A stretch of 63,940 bases of DNA from an uncultured Candidatus Saccharibacteria bacterium (GCA_964548265.1 CAZJPR010000001.1:37770-101709), one strand, 5' to 3'; shown: positions 52,945 through 62,062, counted from the first letter of the stretch. The notes: generated by a model not told the origin, from the sequence alone. Translations and numbers: made by a program.

Positions 52945-54369
52945 CTATCTTTCGGTGGTCGTGAAGAGGGGGCCGGAAGGGGTGTCTTCCACATGATATC
53001 CCCGGTTCAAAAGGTGGATACGTAACTCGTCTGCCTTGGCGAAATCCTTGGCCTCCCTAGCTTCCTCACGCTCTTTGACGAGGGCACGCACGTCTTCGGG
53101 TAAGGAAGCGAGTGAGAGGGCAGCAGCGGCCTCAGGGGGGTTAGTGAGCGAGAGACCAAGGAGCTCTTCGGCAGCTTCGACCACACCCCATTTCTCGGCT
53201 TGGGAGAGATTGTCATCCTTGAGTGCCTCCCAGAGGAGTGCGAGCGCTTGAGGGGTTGCGAGGTCATCGAATACCACGGAGCTGAGGCGACGAGAGCTAT
53301 CGGAAATTGTGCCGTGACGTTTCAACTCCCGTACTGCGCTCCAGAGTCTCTTGAGTCCTTCATCTGCTGCAGCAACCGCGTCCCAGGAGAAGGAGAGAGG
53401 GGTGCGGTAGTGGGCCTGGAGGAAGAAGTAGCGCAGCGCAAGCGGATGGAAGCCACGCTCGGTGACATCAGAGAGTGTGTGCACGTTACCCACTGATTTA
53501 GAAATCTTCGCTCCTTCGATAGTAAGGAATGCGTTATGGAGCCAATAGCGCGCGAGTGGTCGGCCCGTTGAGCCTTCTGACTGCGCAATCTCGTTGTTGT
53601 GGTGAATGTTGATGTGGTCTTGACCACCGGTGTGTATGTCGATGGTGTCGCCAAGAAGTGCGCGTGCCATCGCGGAGCATTCAATACTCCAGCCCGGGTT
53701 TCCTTCACCCCATGGAGACTCCCACTTCTGCAAATCATTCTCACCTGCGAAGCGCCAGAGCGCGAAGTCGCGTGGGTCGCGTTTGCCACCAGCTGAGACG
53801 CGCATGCCCGCTTTCTGTTCAACGTCGCGGGTGTTGCCGAGTTTTCCGTAGGAAGGAAACTTCGCTGTATCGAAATAGATGCCGTCCTGGGTCTTATAAG
53901 TAAGACCTTTCTTCTCAAGCGTTTCAATCATCGCAATCTGCTGAGGGATGTACTCAGTTGCACGCGGGAAGTTGATGTCGTGGAGGTCGAGGTTGAGCGA
54001 CCGAATATCCTGCATGTAGCGGTCGGTGTAGCGCTTAGCAATCTCTTCTGGTGTCGTCTTCTCCGCACGAGCGCCGACAGTCATCTTGTCCTCGCCCTCG
54101 TCTCCATCTCCAACGAGATGCCCGACATCAGTGATGTTGATGACACGACGCACGCGATAGCCTGCAACCTTGAGTGTACGCGCGACCGTATCCGCAAAGA
54201 CCGCAGCCCGGAGGTTCCCAATGTGTTGAGCCCCATAGACCGTAGGACCGCAAGAGTAGAGCGTCGCCCGGCCCGCAGCTAATGGCGTAAAGAGCTCCTT
54301 CTTTCCGGAAAGGGTGTTGCTCAGGTAGAGGGGTGCACTAGTTTTGGATTTGTTACCAAACGGCCACAT
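52945..54369 (-). CDS. cysS: Cysteinyl-tRNA synthetase
   Basis: LYSCGPTVYGAQHIGNLR (HIGH), zinc-binding Cys/His positions, KISKSVGN (KMSKS). Confidence 0.95.
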   Translation of the reverse strand: MWPFGNKSKTSAPLYLSNTLSGKKELFTPLAAGRATLYSCGPTVYGAQHIGNLRAAVFADTVARTLKVAGYRVRRVINITDVGHLVGDGDEGEDKMTVGARAEKTTPEEIAKRYTDRYMQDIRSLNLDLHDINFPRATEYIPQQIAMIETLEKKGLTYKTQDGIYFDTAKFPSYGKLGNTRDVEQKAGMRVSAGGKRDPRDFALWRFAGENDLQKWESPWGEGNPGWSIECSAMARALLGDTIDIHTGGQDHINIHHNNEIAQSEGSTGRPLARYWLHNAFLTIEGAKISKSVGNVHTLSDVTERGFHPLALRYFFLQAHYRTPLSFSWDAVAAADEGLKRLWSAVRELKRHGTISDSSRRLSSVVFDDLATPQALALLWEALKDDNLSQAEKWGVVEAAEELLGLSLTNPPEAAAALSLASLPEDVRALVKEREEAREAKDFAKADELRIHLLNRGYHVEDTPSGPLFTTTER

Positions 54370-54372
54370 AGA

Positions 54373-55293
54373 TTAGAGCCAGCGCTTGGCGTGCGCGAAC
54401 CAGAAGAGCCCTGTTCCCACCAGAATCATGATGCCGATAATTATCCAGAAGTCATACGGGAGCCCGATAATCGGCATGTGGATGGTGTCCATCGCGAAGA
54501 TGGCTGCGATGAGCGTGAGCGGGAAGGTAAGCAGCGACATAAACGCCAGGTACTTCATCACATCGTTCTGCGACGCAGAAAGGAGAGAATCGTTGGTGGT
54601 TCGTAGTTCCCGGACGACGGCGCGGTAGGAGAGTACGAGAGCGGCCACGTGCTCGCGCTCCGCCTCAATCGAAGCAGCGTGCATCTTGAAGGAAGGGCCG
54701 AAGAAGCGCTTGTCAGAGAGTTCCTCGAGGAAGGAGGTAAGCGGTTCCTCGTGACGCTTGAGGATGGTCTCAAACCGCAATAACACGCGACCAGCGTCAG
54801 AAATCTTGCGAACGGTTTCTCGCTCCTTACCGGAGAAGACATCCTGCTCGATGTGCTCAAGAAGGCGTGCGGTTTGTTCGACTTCTTCGCGGATAGCGTG
54901 ATAGAGACGGCGAACGACCAGTTCAGTGAGTTCGGCACCGCTTGCGCGTTCGGGGGCAGCAACATCAAGGAGGTCTTCAGCCTCAAATATCTTGTGGAGA
55001 TTATGGACGGAGGCCACCGTCTCGTAGCGGACCGTTACAAGGAAATTCTTACCGACGATGAAGTCAATTTCCTGGCTGCGGGTGCCCTCGTTTGAATCGG
55101 AAACAGGGAAGTGGAGGATGAGATAGGCGTAGGTGGGAAACGAGACGGAGAGCGGATAGGGTGTGGGGTTCACAATCTCGTCCTCGACCCTCGCAGAGAT
55201 GCCATATTCTTCCATCACCTGCTTCAACTCTTCTTTGGTTGGGCATTCAAGGTCGGTCCATGTGGTCGAGCCGCATTTGTGACGTATCAGCAT
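54373..55293 (-). CDS. corA: CorA-family divalent cation transporter with a non-canonical signature (AMD instead of GMN)
   Basis: 306 aa with a CorA-like cytoplasmic domain and two C-terminal TM helices. The signature position reads FAMDTIHMP. Confidence 0.72.
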   Translation of the reverse strand: MLIRHKCGSTTWTDLECPTKEELKQVMEEYGISARVEDEIVNPTPYPLSVSFPTYAYLILHFPVSDSNEGTRSQEIDFIVGKNFLVTVRYETVASVHNLHKIFEAEDLLDVAAPERASGAELTELVVRRLYHAIREEVEQTARLLEHIEQDVFSGKERETVRKISDAGRVLLRFETILKRHEEPLTSFLEELSDKRFFGPSFKMHAASIEAEREHVAALVLSYRAVVRELRTTNDSLLSASQNDVMKYLAFMSLLTFPLTLIAAIFAMDTIHMPIIGLPYDFWIIIGIMILVGTGLFWFAHAKRWL

Positions 55294-55333
55294 GAGAAGA
55301 AGTATAGCATTGTGGTATAATACTGGCGTATTT

Positions 55334-56590
55334 ATGCCCCCTGACGCTACCCCACGAAGTCGCTTTGGTCGTATTGCGCGCGTTGCGGTAGTCCTCGCAC
55401 TCGTGGTGGTCCTCGCCTTTGGCGCGGGAATGGTAGCAGGAGCTCAAGGTGGGGGCCGCATCCTCGCCAATTCGATTCCGCTCATTTCAGATGGGCTCGA
55501 TGCGACTCCGGACAGCACGGTTGACCTCGAGAATTTCTGGAAAGTCTGGAATACGCTCGACGCAAAGTTCGTTGAGAGCCACGCCACCTCCACGTTCCCT
55601 GACAGCAAAGAAAAGCTCTGGGGCGCTATCCAGGGTCTTACCGATTCCTACGGCGACCCGTACACGATTTTCCTCCCACCGCAGGAGGCAAAGATTTTTA
55701 AGGAGGATATTCTCGGAAACTTCAGCGGCGTGGGCATTGAAATGGGCGTGCAGGACGGTCTTCTAACGGTTATCGCTCCTTTAAAGGGGACTCCCGCCGA
55801 GAAAGCAGGTGTTCATGCTGGTGACGGCATCCTCTCCATTGATGGAGTTTCGACCGATGGCATGTCCACCGACGAGGCAGTGAAGCTCATTCGTGGTGAG
55901 AAAGGCACGCCGGTAGCATTCCGCATCTACCGCAACGGCAAGGTCATCGAGATTTCTGTTGTTCGCGACACCATCCAGGTACCGACCATCGACCACAGCT
56001 ACGACGCAGCCTCCGGTGTCTACACTATTACGCTCTACACCTTCACCGGGACCGCAAACAAACTTTTTGCAGACGCACTAAATGACTTCAAACGCTCTGG
56101 TTCTGACAAGCTTCTTATCGATTTGCGTGGGAACCCAGGAGGCTACCTACAGTCTGCCGTACAGATTGCTAGCCGCTTCCTTCCGAAGGGCGACGTCATT
56201 GTGACGGAGGATTACGACGGAAAGCGCGAGAATCTCGTTCATCGCTCAACTGGTTCCATTGGTGTGGCTGCAGGTACGAAGATTGCGATTCTTATGGATC
56301 AGGGCTCAGCGTCCGCGTCCGAGATTCTTGCGGGAGCGCTTCACGACCACGATGCTGCGACCCTCATCGGCACTGCGTCCTTTGGTAAAGGTTCGGTGCA
56401 GGAGCTCGTTGAAGTGGGTGGTGGTTCGCTTAAGATAACGGTTGCGCGCTGGCTCACTCCTGACGGCGTCTCCATTTCCGATGGTGGCATCGCTCCTGAC
56501 ATACTGGTAGAGCGTACCCAGGAAGACAGAGAAGCAGGGAAGGACCCACAGAGGGACAGGGCGGTGGAGTTCCTCACCACCGGAAAGTAG
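55334..56590 (+). CDS. ctpA: Carboxyl-terminal processing protease (peptidase S41)
   Basis: TM anchor; PDZ domain (GVGIEMG...PAEKAGVHAGDGILSIDG); LIDLRGNPGGYL; catalytic-Ser region GSASASEILAGAL; FGKGSVQ. Confidence 0.9.
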   Translation: MPPDATPRSRFGRIARVAVVLALVVVLAFGAGMVAGAQGGGRILANSIPLISDGLDATPDSTVDLENFWKVWNTLDAKFVESHATSTFPDSKEKLWGAIQGLTDSYGDPYTIFLPPQEAKIFKEDILGNFSGVGIEMGVQDGLLTVIAPLKGTPAEKAGVHAGDGILSIDGVSTDGMSTDEAVKLIRGEKGTPVAFRIYRNGKVIEISVVRDTIQVPTIDHSYDAASGVYTITLYTFTGTANKLFADALNDFKRSGSDKLLIDLRGNPGGYLQSAVQIASRFLPKGDVIVTEDYDGKRENLVHRSTGSIGVAAGTKIAILMDQGSASASEILAGALHDHDAATLIGTASFGKGSVQELVEVGGGSLKITVARWLTPDGVSISDGGIAPDILVERTQEDREAGKDPQRDRAVEFLTTGK

Positions 56591-56637
56591 CCGCCTTCCT
56601 TGCCTCTGCTCAGGAGAAAGGGTAGGATAGCCCCACT

Positions 56638-57063
56638 ATGAAAGTCGTAATGATAAAGGACGTGAAGGGCACTGGCCGCGCCAACCATGTCGTCGAGGTA
56701 AAGGATGGCCACGCTATTAACTTTCTCATTCCAAGGAAGATGGCCGTTCCGGCAACCGGAGAGGCGGTAAAGAGGGCAGAGGCCATGCAGAAGCAGGTCA
56801 AGGAGCGTCAGGAGCTCGATGACAAGCTCATTGCAGAGCGCCTCACCGCGCTGGCTGAGGAGCGCATTGTCTTCATCAAGAAGGCCAACGAGCAGGGCCA
56901 CCTCTATGATGCAGTGGATGCTAAGGAAATTGCAGAGATGACCAAGCTTCCAGTTGATGCCATCTCCATCGAGCGCCCATTTAAGGAGCTCGGTACCTTT
57001 GATGTTCCAGTCGCCTACGGCGAGAACTTTGGAAAGATTACGATAGTGGTTGAAGCAGAATAA
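56638..57063 (+). CDS. rplI: 50S ribosomal protein L9
   Basis: MKVVMIKDVKGTGRANHVVEVKDGHAINFLIPRKMAVPAT plus a C-terminal domain. Confidence 0.92.
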   Translation: MKVVMIKDVKGTGRANHVVEVKDGHAINFLIPRKMAVPATGEAVKRAEAMQKQVKERQELDDKLIAERLTALAEERIVFIKKANEQGHLYDAVDAKEIAEMTKLPVDAISIERPFKELGTFDVPVAYGENFGKITIVVEAE

Positions 57064-57064
57064 G

Positions 57065-57093
57065 AAAAAGCCCCGGGAGACCGGGGCTTTTTT
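57065..57093. terminator. Bidirectional intrinsic terminator (rplI / rpmA)
   Basis: aaaaa-gccccgg-gaga-ccggggc-tttttt. Confidence 0.85.
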
Positions 57094-57094
57094 G

Positions 57095-57367
57095 TTAGAT
57101 GACGTTGGCTACCTTCCTGCGGATGGTGCTACCGTCGTAGCGAGTCTTTCGCTTCTCGGTGAAGGAAACCTTACCGGTAGCGAGTGAGAAAAGGGTGTGG
57201 TCCTTTCCGGCACGGACATTCTTGCCGGCCATAATCTTGGTGCCGCGCTGGCGAACGATAACCATACCCGGACGAGCTGCTGCGCCGTCACCGAGCTTTA
57301 CTCCAAGGTATTTCGCTTGTGAGTCGCGTACGTTCTTTGTTGAGCCTCCCGCTTTTGTTGATGCCAT
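57095..57367 (-). CDS. rpmA: 50S ribosomal protein L27
   Basis: Start chosen at [28 protein letters not shown]...[26 protein letters not shown]. The upstream 37 codons of the listed ORF are not L27-like. Confidence 0.93.
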   Translation of the reverse strand: MASTKAGGSTKNVRDSQAKYLGVKLGDGAAARPGMVIVRQRGTKIMAGKNVRAGKDHTLFSLATGKVSFTEKRKTRYDGSTIRRKVANVI

Positions 57368-57386
57368 AGTGCTATGCTGTTGTGGC

Positions 57387-57752
57387 ATGAATATAGCAGA
57401 GATAGGCCGTAGAAGCAAGGAACTGGCGGCCAAAGTCCCTGAGGACGCCCTGGTGCTTATGGTCGTTGTTTTAGCCACGTCTGCGAGCTTCTGGCTCGGG
57501 ATGCTCTATGAGCGGGATGCAGGGCAGGGGAGTGATTTCTCGATCGAATACGCTCAACAGGGGACTGCTGTAGCTCAGGCGGTAGCACCCGAGAATGCCC
57601 GCTATGTGGCCTCAAAAAGTGGGACTAAGTACCATCTCCCGACCTGCTCAGGTGCCAAGACCATCTCAGAAACCAACAAAGTCTTCTTTGCCTCCAAAGA
57701 GGATGCAGAGGCCGCCGGGTATGCCCCGGCCGCTAACTGCAAGGGAATCTGA
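57387..57752 (+). CDS. Membrane-anchored protein with a C-terminal Ada-like metal-binding (sunset-type) domain
   Basis: Start at MNIAEIG; TM helix [19 protein letters not shown]; C-terminal [43 protein letters not shown]. Confidence 0.6.
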   Translation: MNIAEIGRRSKELAAKVPEDALVLMVVVLATSASFWLGMLYERDAGQGSDFSIEYAQQGTAVAQAVAPENARYVASKSGTKYHLPTCSGAKTISETNKVFFASKEDAEAAGYAPAANCKGI

Positions 57753-57770
57753 TGAGGTAGAATAGCGCGT

Positions 57771-58265
57771 ATGGCTGAAGAGATACCCGAACCGCCTGAT
57801 GCAATTCGAAAGTTAGAACTTCAAGCGAGACTTGCTTCCTTTGATGGACGCGCCGCACGGGAAGAAAAGATTCTTGAGGATATCGAAACGCTCTTTAGAG
57901 AAGTGGACGGTCTCATTCCTCAGCTACCTCCCATGAGCTCAGACGAGCCCATTACTGATGCGCAGCACAATGCACAAGAAGGGATTATCGAGAGATACAA
58001 CGCATTCTATCAATTGGGGCAGCTCATGCTCTTTGAAAACATGGAGCTTAAGGATGGGCAGAGTTTTCTTGATGTTCCGTACACTCTCTTTGAAGGGAAA
58101 GTGGATGATCTTGAGACCTTAACCAAGGAGGGAATTATTACTCCACAACAACGCCTCGAACGGACAGCAAGTCAGATGAAGCGTAGTAGCAGAATGGTTG
58201 CAGGCTACCATCGATGGGGACAGATTATGTTCGCGCATCGCGAACAGATTTATCGCAAGTCATGA
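57771..58265 (+). CDS. Hypothetical protein (164 aa)
   Basis: Clean ORF whose stop overlaps the exonuclease ATG by 4 nt. No motif recognised. Confidence 0.5.
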   Translation: MAEEIPEPPDAIRKLELQARLASFDGRAAREEKILEDIETLFREVDGLIPQLPPMSSDEPITDAQHNAQEGIIERYNAFYQLGQLMLFENMELKDGQSFLDVPYTLFEGKVDDLETLTKEGIITPQQRLERTASQMKRSSRMVAGYHRWGQIMFAHREQIYRKS

Positions 58266-58855
58266 TCGTCCTTGATGTAGAAGCGACTGGTGTCGACCCT
58301 CGTAAGAACTCCATTCTTTCGATTGGGGGGTTGGATTTGGATAACCCTAGTAATCAGTTCTATGACGAATGCCGGGCCTGGGATGGTGCGCATATTGAAG
58401 ACGAAGCCTTGGCGGTGAATGGGTTTTCAAGGGCTGAGGCAACTGATCCAGAGAAGAAGACCGAAGCGGAACTAGTGGCTGCCTTTATTGCCTGGGCGCT
58501 TGAGATAGAGGAACGTACGGTGGCTGCGCAGAACGTTTCCTTTGATCACGACATCCTTCGGGCTGCCTGCGAGAGGGCGCGCATGGAGTTTCCGTTTGCT
58601 AAACGCACCATCGATGTGCATACACTCGTGTGGACGCACATGCGGGTGAATGGAAAGGAGCCTCCAATGAAGAACAATCATTCAGCCATCGACATGACCT
58701 ATGCGCTTGCATACTGTGGACTACCAGCAGAGCCCAAACCACACAATGCGCTCACCGGAGCTTTTTGCCATGCGGAAGTCATCTCACGTATAGCGTATAA
58801 TAAGAAACTGTTACCCGATTTTGATACGTACGACATACCATGGATGACAAAGTAA
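58262..58855 (+). CDS. DEDDh 3'-5' exonuclease (DnaQ/epsilon-like)
   Basis: Exo I IVLDVEATGVD, Exo II AQNVSFDHDIL, Exo III HNALTGAFCHAEV (H-x4-D-type region). Confidence 0.8.
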   Translation: MIVLDVEATGVDPRKNSILSIGGLDLDNPSNQFYDECRAWDGAHIEDEALAVNGFSRAEATDPEKKTEAELVAAFIAWALEIEERTVAAQNVSFDHDILRAACERARMEFPFAKRTIDVHTLVWTHMRVNGKEPPMKNNHSAIDMTYALAYCGLPAEPKPHNALTGAFCHAEVISRIAYNKKLLPDFDTYDIPWMTK

Positions 58856-59625
58856 CTGATTCTCACACCGTTCCTTCCGTGACGGACCCTGTAGTAAACA
58901 GGGAAGAGCACCATGAGCGCATGAAAGACACCCTCGTGGATGCCATTCAGCAGGGAAAGCCTGAGGTTCCCACTGAATTCAAGCCACTGGTGTGTAAACC
59001 AAAACAGCTTGAGTCGTGGCGCATCTTTAAGATTATGTCCGAGTTCGTGGAAGGCTTCGAGCTTCTTTCGAAGTACGGTCTCGCTGCGAGCTTCTTCGGG
59101 AGTGCACGCGCAGGATTCGGTGAGGAGATTTCTAAGGCAGCCACGGAGCTTGCAGGGAAGCTCGCCAAGCGCGGTTTCGCGATCATCACGGGCGGGAGTA
59201 GCGGCATCATGGAAGCGGCAAATAAGGGAGCCTTTGAGGCAGGCGGAGCATCCGTGGGTCTTAACATCCGTCTCTCTCAGAATCAGGCATTGAATGGGTA
59301 CCTCACGGATTCGATGACGTTTGACCATTTCTTCGTCCGCAAGACCATGCTTGCGTTCGCCTCTGAGGTCTACATCTACTTCCCAGGAGGCTACGGCACC
59401 ATGGATGAGTTCTTCGAGATTGTGACCCTTGTGCAAACGAAGAAGATTCAGCCAATTCCTATAGTGCTCTACGGTAAGGAATACTGGACTCCCATCGTTG
59501 AGTCCTTCGAGAAGCGATTCTTCACTCAGTATGCCGCTATTGATGAGAGCGACCTCAAGCTCTACAAGCTCGTCGATACGGTGGACGAAGCCTTTGACTA
59601 CATCATTGAGAACGTGAAGTGCTAG
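58840..59625 (+). CDS. LOG-family (TIGR00730) nucleotide 5'-monophosphate nucleosidase
   Basis: AIITGGSSGIMEAANKGAFEAGG and PGGYGTMDEFFEIVTLVQT (the PGGxGTxxE signature). Confidence 0.88.
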   Translation: MDDKVTDSHTVPSVTDPVVNREEHHERMKDTLVDAIQQGKPEVPTEFKPLVCKPKQLESWRIFKIMSEFVEGFELLSKYGLAASFFGSARAGFGEEISKAATELAGKLAKRGFAIITGGSSGIMEAANKGAFEAGGASVGLNIRLSQNQALNGYLTDSMTFDHFFVRKTMLAFASEVYIYFPGGYGTMDEFFEIVTLVQTKKIQPIPIVLYGKEYWTPIVESFEKRFFTQYAAIDESDLKLYKLVDTVDEAFDYIIENVKC

Positions 59626-60049
59626 CTGTGGTTCCAGGGCAGGGGAGCCATCAATCGGAGAGGGCATATTAGAAGCTCCTCCCTCCATCCCTTCCCGCCT
59701 CTTCACAAGGCTCTGCAAGATTTCCTACAGACAAATCATTAGGTCTAAATATTTATATAGATCTAGCGGTGATGGTCTGGCGAGGAATAGGTGTCTTCAT
59801 TTGAAAGGAGAGAGGTTCTAGGCTAGCCGAGGTTGAAAGCTTTGCACTTCGCACAATATATCTTTTGCGTAGTATGCCTGGGAAGATAAAGAAGGCTTTA
59901 GGCTGGCGCTTTCTCTACTGCTCTTCTTCCCTTTATGTTCTTTCCTTCACACTGTGCAGACTCTTACGTACGTTGATTCTGCAAATCTCTAGCTCGTTCC
60001 CCCGAGAACGAGATGAAAAACATATAAAGTGGGCGGTTAATTAGCTAGT

Positions 60050-60460
60050 CTAATTTGTGCCCCTATTTATTATTTTTTGATAAGCAAAAATCTTCTCCCG
60101 TACTGCATCCGCAAATGCTTCGTCAGGTCCGTTACTTCGAATTTCTCTCCCGAGAGCCATAATCAAAGGATCAAGCTCCCTGTTTGTCTTCCCTGCAAGG
60201 AAGGTATCCATTGCCGTACCGAAGGCCCTCTGAGCCTCATATTCTGTATCTCGCGCTGACATTACACCTCGGTCCTCAAAGGTGGCCCCCATAGCACCCT
60301 TCGCCGTTGTAGCGACTCCTGCAGCGGTCGCCCATGCATCGTAAGCAGGACGAACATCCCTTGCCAGGTCGTCCATTGTAAGTGCTGCACCTTCACTTCC
60401 CATTTCTGTTCTTGCGCCGAGAGCTGCTTCAGCCTGTCGGTGGTCTAAGGGTTTGGACAT
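60050..60460 (-). CDS. Hypothetical protein (136 aa), Ala/Gly-rich
   Basis: Clean ORF within an AT-richer block. No motif recognised. Confidence 0.5.
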   Translation of the reverse strand: MSKPLDHRQAEAALGARTEMGSEGAALTMDDLARDVRPAYDAWATAAGVATTAKGAMGATFEDRGVMSARDTEYEAQRAFGTAMDTFLAGKTNRELDPLIMALGREIRSNGPDEAFADAVREKIFAYQKIINRGTN

Positions 60461-60511
60461 AAACGATTGGTGACTTCTATCAGTTAATTCTGCTTCGTTT
60501 TCATAAAATGT

Positions 60512-60673
60512 CTAGCCCCCGAGAAGCCTCGTGGTGGGTTCAAAAACGATAGATATAAGCCAGCCAGCTATGGTCGAATAGAGACTCAAGGCTTCTCCTG
60601 GAAAGAACCAAATGGTCACAATGAGGATCAGGACCAAGATAAGGGTAAATCGAGACTCTTTCATATTTTCCAT
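60512..60673 (-). CDS. Unlisted 53-aa small membrane protein
   Basis: My own translation: MENMKESRFTLILVLILIVTIWFFPGEALSLYSTIAGWLISIVFEPTTRLLGG. Two hydrophobic helices, preceded by one of the few strong SD sequences in the window (GGGAGG, 4 nt before the ATG). Confidence 0.4.
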   Translation of the reverse strand: MENMKESRFTLILVLILIVTIWFFPGEALSLYSTIAGWLISIVFEPTTRLLGG

Positions 60674-60891
60674 CCTACCTCCCTTCGTTCCAGCGTCTAG
60701 AGAATTGAGAGGATAGAAATAGTTAGGATAACTTCCTCATCTGTGTCACACTGCGTGTCTATCAGTAAAACTCCAACTACATGGATGACACCAATCCTGT
60801 AGCACCCGAGATTGTTGACGAGCCTGCTATGGTTCCGGAAGCACCGGTTGCTGCACCTGCTGATGAGCCGATGGCATAAGCCTCTGCTCCA

Positions 60892-60924
60892 ACACACAAG
60901 GCCCCCGTTTGGGGCCTTGTGTGT
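60892..60924 (-). terminator. Strong hairpin terminator downstream of the 352-aa secreted protein gene
   Basis: acacacaaggcccc-gttt-ggggccttgtgtgt, a 14-bp perfect stem ending 4 nt from the stop at 60928. Confidence 0.8.
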
Positions 60925-60927
60925 TGC

Positions 60928-61986
60928 TTAGTACGCTAGAGTCCAGGTCGCGCCGCGTATTGGATACGTCGCCTTCACCGCTCCGTCGGCGTCTACTCCA
61001 ATGGCATCTATTATGAATTGCTTTCCTCCTGCGCTCCCACTTGTTTTGCTCAGAATCGCTTTAATCGTAAAGACTCGAATCTGAGAAGGCTCAATGGTTA
61101 CATTGAGCGGGACGAACACCTGACTGTTCTTAAACTGCTTGGTGCCTTCAACGCCCCCTATGGTCGACCTTGACCCACCCTTATCGTCGCTCGTGGTAAA
61201 TCCTATGACGAGATCGTCAGGCGCAGACCCTGTTTCCTTGAGCGTAACCCCTTCGAGTTTTACTGGAACCTGGCTCGTATTGACTATCTTGAGGTATTCG
61301 ACCGGTATAGAGGCTCCTACGGCTGCGGTGCCACCAGTAAGGAGCGACAGCTGCGACACGGTAATTGAACCCTTGCCTTTCTGTGGCTCGGGGCCGAGTG
61401 CAAGCATGCCGGTCGTGATGGAGTTAAGTTGGTAACCTTTGTCGCCGTATAAGGTAACGAGGTAGTTGCCGTCAGGAAGCTTCTTTGAAACACGTTCGCT
61501 CCATTTGCCGCTGCGAACTTTGAGCTCTTTAGAGAGATAGAGTCGTTTGCCGCTGCTGTCTTCAATTGAGAACTTTACGGTCTTGGTTCCATCGGCCGTT
61601 CCTTTGATGGTGGGACGTTCGTCTTCGGTGACGAGCGAGCTTGCCGAGATTTGACCATCGACCGCATGCAATCCAACGGAACAGGTGGTCTCAGCTGTGC
61701 TGTTTGAGAATTCGTAAGAAAAAGTGGTACTGCCGTCAATCTTGAGAACTTTTGCGCCCGCAAGCGTACTTGGCTTCCCTTCACTATCTTGTGCTGAGGT
61801 TGCGTTCTCGCTGAACCAAAGGAATCCAAGTACTTCTCCTTCTTTCACCATAACCTCCGGGTTTTTCGCCGATGGTACGACACCACGCATGGTCACGGTG
61901 ATAATTTCGCACGAAGGTTTCGTAGCGGCGAGTGCACCGGAAGGCATGAGAAGCAATGCAATCAAAAGAAGGAGGAAATATTTCAT
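60928..61986 (-). CDS. Secreted beta-rich hypothetical protein (352 aa)
   Basis: Signal peptide MKYFLLLLIALLLMPSGALA. Ser/Thr/Gly/Lys-rich beta-strand-like composition suggests Ig-like repeats. Confidence 0.65.
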   Translation of the reverse strand: MKYFLLLLIALLLMPSGALAATKPSCEIITVTMRGVVPSAKNPEVMVKEGEVLGFLWFSENATSAQDSEGKPSTLAGAKVLKIDGSTTFSYEFSNSTAETTCSVGLHAVDGQISASSLVTEDERPTIKGTADGTKTVKFSIEDSSGKRLYLSKELKVRSGKWSERVSKKLPDGNYLVTLYGDKGYQLNSITTGMLALGPEPQKGKGSITVSQLSLLTGGTAAVGASIPVEYLKIVNTSQVPVKLEGVTLKETGSAPDDLVIGFTTSDDKGGSRSTIGGVEGTKQFKNSQVFVPLNVTIEPSQIRVFTIKAILSKTSGSAGGKQFIIDAIGVDADGAVKATYPIRGATWTLAY

Positions 61987-62002
61987 GCTGAATCAAGTAT
62001 AT

Positions 62003-62038
62003 AACGAACTCTCGAAGGTGTGGCTTCGAGAGTTCGTT
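62003..62038 (-). terminator. Hairpin terminator downstream of the small secreted protein gene
   Basis: aacgaactctcgaag-gtgtgg-cttcgagagttcgtt, a perfect 15-bp stem. Confidence 0.7.
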
Positions 62039-62062
62039 TAATAATTTCGTGTTGTTTGTTTG

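Noticed and set aside
58699-59718. 339-aa ORF on the minus strand spanning the exonuclease and LOG genes.
   Set aside because: It is exactly antisense to two well-supported genes with clear family motifs. It has no motif of its own and a Leu/Arg/Gly-skewed composition typical of mirror frames in GC-rich coding DNA.
60781-60879. 32-aa acidic Pro/Ala-rich plus-strand ORF (MDDTNPVAPEIVDEPAMVPEAPVAAPADEPMA), and the listed 60697..60897 minus ORF.
   Set aside because: Neither has an SD or promoter. The adjacent strong hairpin is better explained as the terminator of the minus-strand 352-aa gene. The composition looks like low-complexity chance ORFs.
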